44,566 nt of DNA from Candidatus Staskawiczbacteria bacterium (GTDB taxonomy: Bacteria; Patescibacteriota; Minisyncoccia; Minisyncoccales; Staskawiczbacteraceae), in assembly GCA_049513595.1 (NCBI GenBank), contig JBEKVX010000003.1, forward strand, positions 1 through 44,566, read 5' to 3'. A model generated the notes under the pieces. It searched no databases, was not told where the DNA came from, and saw only the letters and a program-made list of their open reading frames with translations. The translations under genes were made by a program, and so were the position numbers. Shown here piece after piece: positions 18,423 through 26,953 of this stretch. The number at the start of each line of letters is the position of its first letter. Position 1 is the first letter of the stretch.

Positions 18423-18821
18423 CTAAAGCGACCACCAACTGCCTAAGCTATATCCAAGAAGCGTCACTAAAATAAAATTAATTATCAACCACGAACAAAA
18501 AACTAAAACCAATCCGATAATTGCAGCATAAAAAATCTTTTTGCCAGTGCCCATTAAACCCGGGTTGCCAGCTGAGACAATCATAAAAACTGCTCCTACC
18601 GTGAGTGCGATAACCGCTAAAGGCGTTGCTATATCAAATACAATAAATTGGTAAATATTTACAAGCAGTGTAAAAAAATCATTGATTGTGCATTGTCCTG
18701 TGCAATTTCCATTTTCGTCGCAGGTGGGATTGCACGGCACAATGTCGGCTTTCACTAAAAGCGGAATAAAAATCATTGATAACAAACAAAAAAGGACGAT
18801 TGATAAAAATATTTTTTTCAT
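18423..18821 (-). CDS. CPR pilin-like protein (TrbC/VirB2-like)
   Basis: Signal peptide, Cys-rich loop (IVPC...QCTINDF), then 'LAVIAL..GA...SAGNP...GKK....AIIGL..V..SWLIIN'. Confidence 0.75.
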   Translation of the reverse strand: MKKIFLSIVLFCLLSMIFIPLLVKADIVPCNPTCDENGNCTGQCTINDFFTLLVNIYQFIVFDIATPLAVIALTVGAVFMIVSAGNPGLMGTGKKIFYAAIIGLVLVFCSWLIINFILVTLLGYSLGSWWSL

Positions 18822-18828
18822 TATTTTC

Positions 18829-18903
18829 TGGTGCCCTCGGCAGGACTCGAACCCGCAACAACTGGTTCGAAGCCAGTTATGATATCCATTTCACCACGAG
18901 GGC
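18829..18903 (-). tRNA. tRNA-Arg(TCG)
   Basis: GCCCTCG/CGAGGGC stem, ACTGG-CTTCGAA-CCAGT anticodon arm, encoded CCA. Confidence 0.93.
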
Positions 18904-18977
18904 ACGAAATTAATAATTGTCTTATTTTACCTAAAAAATTGAAAAAAAGCAACTTTTAGGATAGAATAGAAAAAATC

Positions 18978-20438
18978 ATGACAATTCCGAAGGAAGTTAA
19001 AAATATAATTGGAAGATTGGAAGGCGCGGGATTTGAGGCATATATTTGCGGCGGATGCGTTCGCGATTTTTTGTTGCAAATCGAGCCAAAGGACTGGGAT
19101 GTCACAACCAACGCCAAGCCAGAAGAAATCCAGAAAGTTTTTCCAGATAGTTTTTATGAAAATAATTTTTTGACGGTTACCGCGCGCACTGGCTCAAAAA
19201 AACCGGAATCGGCGGAAGTTGAAATCACAACTTTTCGTCTTGAAGCAAAATATTCTGATAAACGGCATCCGGATGAAGTAAAATATGCAAAAAAATTGGA
19301 AGACGATTTAAGCCGCAGGGATTTTACCATAAACGCAATGGCAATGGATGAAAAAAAGAAAGTGATTGATTTATTTGGTGGGCAAAATGACTTAAAAAAT
19401 AAAATAATCAGGACCGTTGGAAATCCAGAAGAAAGATTTAATGAAGATGCTTTGAGAATGTTGAGAGCTGTTCGTCTTGCCACAACTTTGGGTTTTAAGA
19501 TTGAAAAAGAGACCGCGGATGCAATCAAAAAAAATTGTCGGGGTACCCCCTGGGTCGTGGATGCAATTTCAAAGGAAAGAATCAGAGATGAGTTTGTGAA
19601 AATAATTATGGCCGATAAAGCAGCTGATGGAGTTGAATTATTGCGTGAATTAAATTTGTTGAAATATATTGTTCCAGAATTATTGGAAAATTATGGCGTG
19701 GCGCAAAACAAACATCATATTTATGACTGCTACCAGCATGCAATAAAGTCATTGGAATATACTGCAAAGAAAAAATTTAATATGCATGTTCGCCTGGCTG
19801 CTTTACTCCACGATGTCGGAAAACCAAGGGCAAAAGCCGGCGAGGGAGAAAATGCAACTTTTTACAATCACGAAATTGTGGGTGCAAAAATTACTTTTCA
19901 GATTTTAAATAATTTAAAATTTTCAAAAAAAGATGTTGAAAAAATTACAAAATTGGTAAGGTTTCACCTCTTCTATTATAATGTTGACGAAGTCGGAGAA
20001 TCATCTGTGAGACGTCTGGTAAAAAATGTAGGACTAGAAAATATGGAAGAACTTTTACAGGTGAGAATGGCGGACAGAATTGGCTCTGGAGTTCCAAAAG
20101 CCGAACCATATAAATTGCGCCACTTAAAATATCTGATTGAAAAGGTTTCCAAAGACCCGATTTCTGCAAAAATGTTAAAAATCAACGGAAATGATTTAAT
20201 GGAAATTTTGAATGAAAAACCAGGTCCGAAAATTGGCCAGATTTTAGATATTCTTTTAGGTTATGTTTTAGATGACCCGAAAAAAAATGACAAAAAGTTT
20301 TTGGAAAAAGAAGTTGCAAAACTAGGAAGATTATCGGAAAAAGAATTAAAAAATATGGCAGAAAAATCAAAAGAAGATAAATCAGAAATTGTATCTAAAG
20401 AAGACAAAATGACCAAAGCAAAATATTGGGTCACGTAA
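18978..20438 (+). CDS. cca: CCA tRNA nucleotidyltransferase with HD domain
   Basis: GGCVRD, DWDVTT, RRDFTINA, EDALRMLRA, ERIRDE, LLHDVGK. Confidence 0.93.
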   Translation: MTIPKEVKNIIGRLEGAGFEAYICGGCVRDFLLQIEPKDWDVTTNAKPEEIQKVFPDSFYENNFLTVTARTGSKKPESAEVEITTFRLEAKYSDKRHPDEVKYAKKLEDDLSRRDFTINAMAMDEKKKVIDLFGGQNDLKNKIIRTVGNPEERFNEDALRMLRAVRLATTLGFKIEKETADAIKKNCRGTPWVVDAISKERIRDEFVKIIMADKAADGVELLRELNLLKYIVPELLENYGVAQNKHHIYDCYQHAIKSLEYTAKKKFNMHVRLAALLHDVGKPRAKAGEGENATFYNHEIVGAKITFQILNNLKFSKKDVEKITKLVRFHLFYYNVDEVGESSVRRLVKNVGLENMEELLQVRMADRIGSGVPKAEPYKLRHLKYLIEKVSKDPISAKMLKINGNDLMEILNEKPGPKIGQILDILLGYVLDDPKKNDKKFLEKEVAKLGRLSEKELKNMAEKSKEDKSEIVSKEDKMTKAKYWVT

Positions 20439-20442
20439 AATT

Positions 20443-20850
20443 ATGACAGAATTTTCAAACCGCGAAGGCGAACTACAAGAACAAAAAGAATCTGGAAAAA
20501 GGATGGGTCGTTGGAACATGACTTTGGCAACAGATAATTTTGAAGTTCCCGAAGAAGGTTATGTTTATACCGCTGACAAAGAATCAACAAGGATAATACC
20601 CGGAGAACATGTAGGGGGTTGGGCTGGCTTTGAAGAGGCAATGGCGGAATTTATTGAGCAAAATTATCATGGGAAGCTGGAAACAGGAGAATTTTTCGTA
20701 GGAGTATGGCAAGATGAAGACGAATTTTACCATTTTGACATTGTGAAAGTTTCACAATCAAAAGCTGAAGCTATGGCAGAGGCCGAAAAAAATGGACAAA
20801 GAGCAATATATGATATTAAAAACGATAAGATTATTTATATAAAAAAATAA
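20443..20850 (+). CDS. Hypothetical protein
   Basis: 135-aa acidic ORF tightly packed between cca and a tRNA. Confidence 0.7.
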   Translation: MTEFSNREGELQEQKESGKRMGRWNMTLATDNFEVPEEGYVYTADKESTRIIPGEHVGGWAGFEEAMAEFIEQNYHGKLETGEFFVGVWQDEDEFYHFDIVKVSQSKAEAMAEAEKNGQRAIYDIKNDKIIYIKK

Positions 20851-20854
20851 ACAA

Positions 20855-20925
20855 CGGGGTATAGTGTAACAGCAGCACGAGTCCTTCGGGAGGATTTAGT
20901 CTGGGTGCAAATCCCAGTACCCCGA
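20855..20925 (+). tRNA. tRNA-Pro(CGG)
   Basis: CGGGGTA/TACCCCG acceptor, AGTCC-TTCGGGA-GGATT anticodon arm, variant T-loop TGCAAAT. Confidence 0.88.
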
Positions 20926-20952
20926 CAAATAATATTATTAATTTTAAAAAAC

Positions 20953-21396
20953 ATGGACGCAAATGACAAAAAAGTAAGAGAGGTCAGGAAAGTTGAGTCG
21001 GTCATAAACCAAAACTTGTTTATTATCTGCACAATTGTCACTTTAGTGGCTATGGTTTTGATGGTGACTAACTTTTTTTCCAGAGGCGCTTTTTTGCCGG
21101 CGAAAATTGGATTTTTTTATTTAACGGTCGTGCTTATTTACTCCTTGCACAAAGAATTTATCAGGTGGCTTGGCGAAAAAAAGAGCAGGCATCAGGGAGA
21201 ATATTTTGTTTATGCCTGGATAATTTTAACAACCGTATTGTACGCTGTTAATTTTTTCAGCCATGATTATTTCAGTTATTCCAAGGAGGGCTATGCTGTA
21301 AGCACTTTGGCAGATGTTGCATACACAACAATAGAAGTTCTTGTGATTTTTGTTGTCACGCGCATTATGAAAATATTTTTTATGTTGAGAAAATAA
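20953..21396 (+). CDS. Hypothetical 4-TM membrane protein
   Basis: Likely start ATG 20953, since the longer ORF overlaps the tRNA. YSLHKEF.RW...GEYFVY.W motif. Confidence 0.7.
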   Translation: MDANDKKVREVRKVESVINQNLFIICTIVTLVAMVLMVTNFFSRGAFLPAKIGFFYLTVVLIYSLHKEFIRWLGEKKSRHQGEYFVYAWIILTTVLYAVNFFSHDYFSYSKEGYAVSTLADVAYTTIEVLVIFVVTRIMKIFFMLRK

Positions 21397-21424
21397 CATA
21401 AAATAATAAAATCAAAATTATTAA

Positions 21425-21475
21425 AAATTAGAAATTAGAAATTAGAAATTCCACTTTTGCGAAAGCAAAGTGTGG
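21425..21475 (+). repeat. (AAATTAG)x3.7 tandem repeat followed by a GAAA-loop hairpin
   Basis: AAATTAG AAATTAG AAATTAG AAATT, then CACTTTTGC-GAAA-GCAAAGTG. Confidence 0.7.
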
Positions 21476-21478
21476 TAG

Positions 21479-21552
21479 GGGCCTGTAGTAAAGTGGCATT
21501 ACGCCTCGTTCGCAACGAGGAGGCGGCAGTCCGATTCTGCCCAGGTCCACCA
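21479..21552 (+). tRNA. tRNA-Ala(CGC)
   Basis: GGGCCTG/CAGGTCC with G3-U70, CCTCG-TTCGCAA-CGAGG anticodon arm, encoded CCA. Confidence 0.92.
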
Positions 21553-22349
21553 TGAATCAAAGTTCAGAAGAATGTATAAAAATATTGATTGAATCGGAGT
21601 CGGTTTTTAAAAAAGCCGGCGAGCTTGCTGTAAAAATGCGCACCACTGCCGGCAAAAGAAATAAACACAATACCGGCGTGGCGGGAATTGACATTGTTAC
21701 TGAAGCCGATACTGCTGTGCAGGAATTTATTTTAACCGAAATGGCAAAAACTAAACTGGTCGAATGTGAATTAGTTGCCGAAGAAGACACACCATCGGTT
21801 TCAAAATTTAAGGGCACAAATGGATTGGTTTTGGCTTTAGACCCAATTGACGGCACTCTCATTTACGCCTCAACCGGCAGATTTTATTCAACAATCGTTA
21901 CCTTGCACAATAAAAAAGATATTTTATACACTTATTATAATTATCCAGAAATAAATTGGAGCAGAAGAATTTCGGGAAATAAAATTGAAGACTCCGGAAA
22001 TTTTCCGAAGATAAAAACAAAACCAGGGTTAAATTTAAAAAAAATAATTGTAACGTCAAAGCCGCAAACAAAAATTAATCCAGAAATTCTTAAAAAAATT
22101 AATGATGAAGGATACGAATTTAAAAAATTTAATAAAATTACAGACGAAGCAGTATCTTTTGCAACATTTTTTTCAGGAACAACAGCCGGTTATTATATGG
22201 AAACTCCAAATCCGTATGACGGGCTGGTTGCTTTGCACTATGGCCAAGTTAAAAAATTAAAAATTTATGGCGGCGTGGATATTTCAAAATTTGAAGTTGG
22301 CGACCACGGCCCACATTATTCGGGTTGGTATTTAGTCCTGAATAAATAA
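21552..22349 (+). CDS. Inositol monophosphatase family protein
   Basis: DIVTEAD..VQ, AEE, LDPIDGT, PYD motifs. Confidence 0.85.
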   Translation: MNQSSEECIKILIESESVFKKAGELAVKMRTTAGKRNKHNTGVAGIDIVTEADTAVQEFILTEMAKTKLVECELVAEEDTPSVSKFKGTNGLVLALDPIDGTLIYASTGRFYSTIVTLHNKKDILYTYYNYPEINWSRRISGNKIEDSGNFPKIKTKPGLNLKKIIVTSKPQTKINPEILKKINDEGYEFKKFNKITDEAVSFATFFSGTTAGYYMETPNPYDGLVALHYGQVKKLKIYGGVDISKFEVGDHGPHYSGWYLVLNK

Positions 22350-22353
22350 ATTT

Positions 22354-22367
22354 ATATCGCTACGCTA
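22354..22367 (+). repeat. Dispersed intergenic motif, copy 1 (ATATCGCTACGCTA)
   Basis: Exact 14-mer also at 32953 and 34522. Ends 9 nt before an ATG. Confidence 0.85.
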
Positions 22368-22376
22368 CGTAAACTT

Positions 22377-24272
22377 ATGGCAACAGAGAAAAATATAAAA
22401 ATACAAAAAGCAATTGTTTACCCAAGGGTCGGGCTAAAAGAAATTTTAGGCGCGATTTGGAATGGAATAAAACCGCAGAGGCGGCTGTTTTATATTTTGG
22501 TTGTTTCAATGATTTTGGGAAACATTGTTACAATTATCACCCCGCTTTTTTACAAACAATTTTTTGATATTATTGCCGCGCCCGGAGACAAGTCAGCTAT
22601 TGCGACAAAACTTTTTGTGCTGATTATTTATGTTTTGGTGTTTAACGCGCTATTTTGGCTGCTTTACCGCATTTCCACTTTGGCAAATAATTTTTACGAG
22701 CCAAAAGTAATGGCAAATTTAAAACAGCAGTCCTACGACCATTTAATGCAGCACTCTTATTCTTTTTTTGTAAATAATTTTGCCGGTTCCTTGGTGCAGA
22801 AAGTGAACAGATTTGCCAGGGCATTTGAAAGAATAACAGATGATTTGATTTGGAATTTATTGCCATTGTTTGTAAGAATTATTTCAATTGTCTTTGTTTT
22901 GTTTTTCATAAACAAATGGCTTGATTTGGTTTTGGTTGTTTGGATAGCTATATTTTTATCTTTTAATATCGGGTTTTCAAAATGGAAATTAAAATATGAT
23001 ATTAAGGCAGCTGAAATTGATTCAAAAGCAACTGGATATTTGGCTGACACAATCGGAAATCAAAACACAATACAATTTTTTAACGGATTTAAGTTTGAAT
23101 CGCAGGGATACAAAAAAGTTACAGATGAGCAGGCGGACATGACAAAACTTGCCTGGAATTTGGATGCTGTAATAGAAGGAGGCCAGGCATTTTTGAGCTT
23201 TATAATAGAATTTGTTTTATTCTTTTATGCAATAAAATATTGGCAGCAGGGGTTGATAACCATCGGTGTTTTTGTTTTGTTGCAGGCGTATGTTTTAAAT
23301 ATAATAAACCAGCTGTGGGGATTTACTCGCCTGGTGAGAGATGTTTATCAGGGCTATGCCGATGCAAAAGAAATGGTTGAAATTTTGCTTTTGCCCCACG
23401 AAATTGAGGATAAACTGGGGGCTAAAGAATTGGTTGTAAAAAATGGCGAAATTGATTTTAAGGATTTGACTTTTAGTTTCAATAAAGCGCGAGCAGTTTT
23501 AAATGATATTAATTTAACAATTAAGCCAGGAGAAAAAGTTGCATTGGTCGGGCCATCTGGCGCTGGTAAAACAACTTTTGTGCGACTGCTTTTGCGTTTG
23601 TATTCTGCAACTTCGGGAAAAATTTTAATTGACGGCCAAGATATCAGCGAAGTTGCACAAGAAAGTTTGAGAAAAAATATTTCAATGGTTCCGCAGGACC
23701 CGATTTTGTTTCACAGAACCTTGGCAGAAAATATTGCTTATGGAAAACGCGATGCATCAAAACAGGAAATTGAAAAAGCAGCCACACTGGCTCATTGCGA
23801 TGAGTTTATAAAGGACTTGCCACAGGGTTTAGAAACATATGTTGGCGAGCGCGGAATAAAATTGTCTGGCGGCGAACGTCAGCGCGTGGCAATTGCCAGA
23901 GCCATTGTAAAAAATGCGCCAATTTTGGTTTTAGACGAGGCAACTTCAAGCTTGGATTCAAATTCAGAAATGTTAATTCAGGATGCGTTAAATAATTTGA
24001 TGCAAAGCAAAACTGTTATCGTAATCGCCCACCGATTATCAACAATCCAAAAAATGGACAGAATTATTGTTATTGACGATGGAAAAATTATTGAGCAAGG
24101 CAGCCATTCAGAACTTTTGCAAAACGAAAATAGTTTGTACAAAAAACTTTGGGAATTGCAAGCCGGCGGATTTTTGAAATCAGAAAGCGAGAATGAAAAT
24201 AATGAAGAAGAATCGGAAGAAAATGATGAAGATGATTGGTCAAGCGGCGGCGCCAAAATGGTTAATTTTTAA
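22377..24272 (+). CDS. ABC exporter, fused permease/ATP-binding protein
   Basis: TM domain, then GPSGAGKT, LSGGERQR, LVLDEATSSLD, IAHRLST. Confidence 0.93.
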   Translation: MATEKNIKIQKAIVYPRVGLKEILGAIWNGIKPQRRLFYILVVSMILGNIVTIITPLFYKQFFDIIAAPGDKSAIATKLFVLIIYVLVFNALFWLLYRISTLANNFYEPKVMANLKQQSYDHLMQHSYSFFVNNFAGSLVQKVNRFARAFERITDDLIWNLLPLFVRIISIVFVLFFINKWLDLVLVVWIAIFLSFNIGFSKWKLKYDIKAAEIDSKATGYLADTIGNQNTIQFFNGFKFESQGYKKVTDEQADMTKLAWNLDAVIEGGQAFLSFIIEFVLFFYAIKYWQQGLITIGVFVLLQAYVLNIINQLWGFTRLVRDVYQGYADAKEMVEILLLPHEIEDKLGAKELVVKNGEIDFKDLTFSFNKARAVLNDINLTIKPGEKVALVGPSGAGKTTFVRLLLRLYSATSGKILIDGQDISEVAQESLRKNISMVPQDPILFHRTLAENIAYGKRDASKQEIEKAATLAHCDEFIKDLPQGLETYVGERGIKLSGGERQRVAIARAIVKNAPILVLDEATSSLDSNSEMLIQDALNNLMQSKTVIVIAHRLSTIQKMDRIIVIDDGKIIEQGSHSELLQNENSLYKKLWELQAGGFLKSESENENNEEESEENDEDDWSSGGAKMVNF

Positions 24273-24288
24273 AATAAAAAATAAAGTT

Positions 24289-24720
24289 ATGGAAGAAAAA
24301 CAAAGACCAAAAGTCGGAGTTGGCGTAATGATTTTCAAAGACGGTAAAGTTTTAATGGGTAAAAGAAAAAACGTTAATGGTGCCGGAGAATATGCGTGGC
24401 CCGGCGGGCATTTGGAAATTGGAGAATCTTTTGAATCTTGCGCAAAGCGGGAAACTATGGAAGAAGCTGGAATAGAGATTGATAATGTTCGTTTTTTGCG
24501 TTTAATGAATTTTTTTAAATCCCCGGACAGACATTATGCAGACATAGGATTGATGGCTGATTGGAAAAGCGGCGAGCCAAAAGCTATGGAACCAGAAAAG
24601 TGCGAAGGTTGGGGTTGGTATGATATAGATAATTTACCGCAACCACTATTTAGTACTATTCCGAGTTATTTAGAAGCCCTTAAAACAGGGAAAAATTATT
24701 TTGATATAATTAAAAAATAA
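24289..24720 (+). CDS. NUDIX hydrolase (NUDT15/MutT-like)
   Basis: RPKVGVGV, PGGHLE.GESFE.CA.RE..EEAG, EPEKCEGW.W. Likely start ATG 24289. Confidence 0.9.
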   Translation: MEEKQRPKVGVGVMIFKDGKVLMGKRKNVNGAGEYAWPGGHLEIGESFESCAKRETMEEAGIEIDNVRFLRLMNFFKSPDRHYADIGLMADWKSGEPKAMEPEKCEGWGWYDIDNLPQPLFSTIPSYLEALKTGKNYFDIIKK

Positions 24721-24725
24721 AAATT

Positions 24726-25682
24726 ATGGAAAATGAAAATATATCATTACCGAAAAGAAATATACCAAGGGATTTATTTTTACATCTCTTGGCAATTATT
24801 ACGCTTTATTGGTCGGCAGTAAGTTTTGTGACCTTAATCTGGCAGTTTATAAATAATTTTTTTCCAGATGTTTTAAACAATTATTATAATGGCATGTTAG
24901 AGTTAATTAGATTTTCAGTTTCTGCCATAATTATTGTTTTTCCGGTGTTTATTATTGTTTCTTTTTACTTGAATAAAATTTATGCCAGAGAATATGCTGT
25001 TAGGGAATCAAAAATAAGAAAATGGCTGCTTTATTTGACTCTTTTTATTACTTCTTTGGTTATTATTGGCGACTTAATTTTTGTCATTAATACTTTTTTA
25101 GGCGGTGAAATTACTACAAGATTTATCCTGAAAGCTTTGTCAGTGCTGGCAGTTGCCGGAGTAATTTTTGGATATTATTTGGATGACGTTAGGCGCGAAA
25201 TCCCGACAAAATCAGCAAAATATTTTGCATGGGGTTCTGGCATTTTGGTTTTGGTTGTTGTGGTTGCGGCATTTTTTGTGGTTGGCACGCCAATAACTGC
25301 GCGCTTGATTCAGTTTGACCAGCAAAAAATTTCCGATTTACAAAATATCCAATCGCAGATTGTAAATTACTGGCAAAAAAAACAAATTTTGCCTAATTCC
25401 CTTTCCGATTTAACCGACCCGATTTCTGGATTTAAAGCCCCCACAGATTCTCCGACAAAAAATCCTTACGAATATAATATAAAAGACAAAACAAATTTAT
25501 CTTTTGAATTGTGCGCAAATTTTAACAAGCCATCAACTAGCCAGGATATAAGCAACACGCCAATGCCACTCGCCGGCCTGCCAGGAAGTTATAATCAAAA
25601 CTGGACTCATGCATCCGGCCGAGTTTGTTTTGAAAGAACAATTGATAAGCAATTATATCCGCCGCTAAATAAAACAAAATAA
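24726..25682 (+). CDS. DUF5671-like membrane protein
   Basis: FLHLL.I.TLY, IRKWL.YLTL, GE.T.RF.LK, D...ISDL..I, FELCA.F pattern of a CPR family. Confidence 0.65.
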   Translation: MENENISLPKRNIPRDLFLHLLAIITLYWSAVSFVTLIWQFINNFFPDVLNNYYNGMLELIRFSVSAIIIVFPVFIIVSFYLNKIYAREYAVRESKIRKWLLYLTLFITSLVIIGDLIFVINTFLGGEITTRFILKALSVLAVAGVIFGYYLDDVRREIPTKSAKYFAWGSGILVLVVVVAAFFVVGTPITARLIQFDQQKISDLQNIQSQIVNYWQKKQILPNSLSDLTDPISGFKAPTDSPTKNPYEYNIKDKTNLSFELCANFNKPSTSQDISNTPMPLAGLPGSYNQNWTHASGRVCFERTIDKQLYPPLNKTK

Positions 25683-26060
25683 ATGGGTACAAGAGAATTG
25701 GGAAAAAAGGGAGAAGATTTGGCTTGTGAATATCTTGTGAAGAACGGGTATAAAATATTGGGGAGAAATTGTGTTTACAGCATAGGGGAAATTGATATTA
25801 TCGCGAGGAAAAGATGGGGATTATTTGTTAATAAAACAATTCATTTTGTTGAGGTAAAAAGTTTGAGCTACAAAGGCGATTTTTTTCCAGAGGAAAAAGT
25901 TGATTATAAAAAACAAAATAAATATAAACGTTTGGCGGAAATTTGGCTGGAAAAAAATGAGTTTCCACAAAATTATCCGTGCCAGGTGGACATAATCGCA
26001 GTTTCAATGGATAATGGAGAAAATAAAATTAAACATTTCGAAAATATTATTAGCAATTAA
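25683..26060 (+). CDS. yraN: YraN family (UPF0102) endonuclease-like protein
   Basis: G..GEDLA..YL...GYKIL.RN....GEIDIIA...FVEVK. Confidence 0.88.
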   Translation: MGTRELGKKGEDLACEYLVKNGYKILGRNCVYSIGEIDIIARKRWGLFVNKTIHFVEVKSLSYKGDFFPEEKVDYKKQNKYKRLAEIWLEKNEFPQNYPCQVDIIAVSMDNGENKIKHFENIISN

Positions 26061-26065
26061 AAAAC

Positions 26066-26848
26066 ATGGATCCCAACAAAACAGAAACACGGGGAAATAA
26101 GTCGCCCGAAACAAAAGCCGAAGAAGAGCTTTTACAATTTGGGCTTCAGGTTGTGCCGGAAAATATTAAAGCAATAGTAGATTTGCAAAAAGCTATGCAA
26201 CATCCTGCGGGTTATGGGGATATAGTCAAATCAGATTCTTTGGAAGATATTGGAAAAGCCATGCGGAAAAGAAAGATAAAGCAAGTTATTCACATAGAGG
26301 ATGCAAGTTTGTGGATTCATTGCAAGCTCGCGATGAAACTAGTTGAGTTTTTGCCTATTCCAGAAGAAAAAAAAGCCGACCTAAAATTAATTATGCTTTA
26401 CCATGATTTAGGCAAGGTTGGAATGAAAGATACGCAGGAAATCAGACATATACAAAGAAAAGAAATAGACAGGGGCAAATTATATAAGGTGGCAAAAGGG
26501 CATGCTTTGGAAAGACCTCAGGATATAGAAAATGGTTTTAGGGCAAACGGCATAAGCGGCCGCAAGCTGGAAGTTTTTATGAATGTTGTGCAAAACCACA
26601 TGGAAACTTCTCTGTCTGAAATGACCGGCCCCAAATTGGCAAAATTATTTGAAGGTTTTGGCAAAACAGATGACGAAAGAAAAGAGGTCGCAGAACTATT
26701 GGCATTGGCGATACAGGTTGATGGCAACGCCTGCATGCAGGTTGCATTTAACGAAAGCGGAGAATTGCAAAACCCAAAAAAAGAAAATAGAACCGGAGCA
26801 GATTTTGATAAAATTTGGGCAAAATATTTAGAAGCCAAAGAAAAATAA
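26066..26848 (+). CDS. HD-domain protein
   Basis: H.ED.SLW.H...YHDLGK...GHA...NHM...D. Confidence 0.65.
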   Translation: MDPNKTETRGNKSPETKAEEELLQFGLQVVPENIKAIVDLQKAMQHPAGYGDIVKSDSLEDIGKAMRKRKIKQVIHIEDASLWIHCKLAMKLVEFLPIPEEKKADLKLIMLYHDLGKVGMKDTQEIRHIQRKEIDRGKLYKVAKGHALERPQDIENGFRANGISGRKLEVFMNVVQNHMETSLSEMTGPKLAKLFEGFGKTDDERKEVAELLALAIQVDGNACMQVAFNESGELQNPKKENRTGADFDKIWAKYLEAKEK

Positions 26849-26851
26849 AAG

Positions 26852-26937
26852 TTGACAAGCGTTATTGGTTTTGCTAAACTGATTTAATAATCAAGTAATG
26901 AATTAATTTGTCCGATGGAAATCGGACTTTTATTTTT
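26852..26937 (+). promoter_or_regulatory. nusA promoter and leader terminator-like hairpin
   Basis: TTGACA, 17-nt spacer, TG-n-TAAACT. Then GTCCGAT-GGAA-ATCGGAC-TTTTATTTTT at 26910-26937. Confidence 0.7.
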
Positions 26938-26953
26938 ATAAACAAATATTTTT

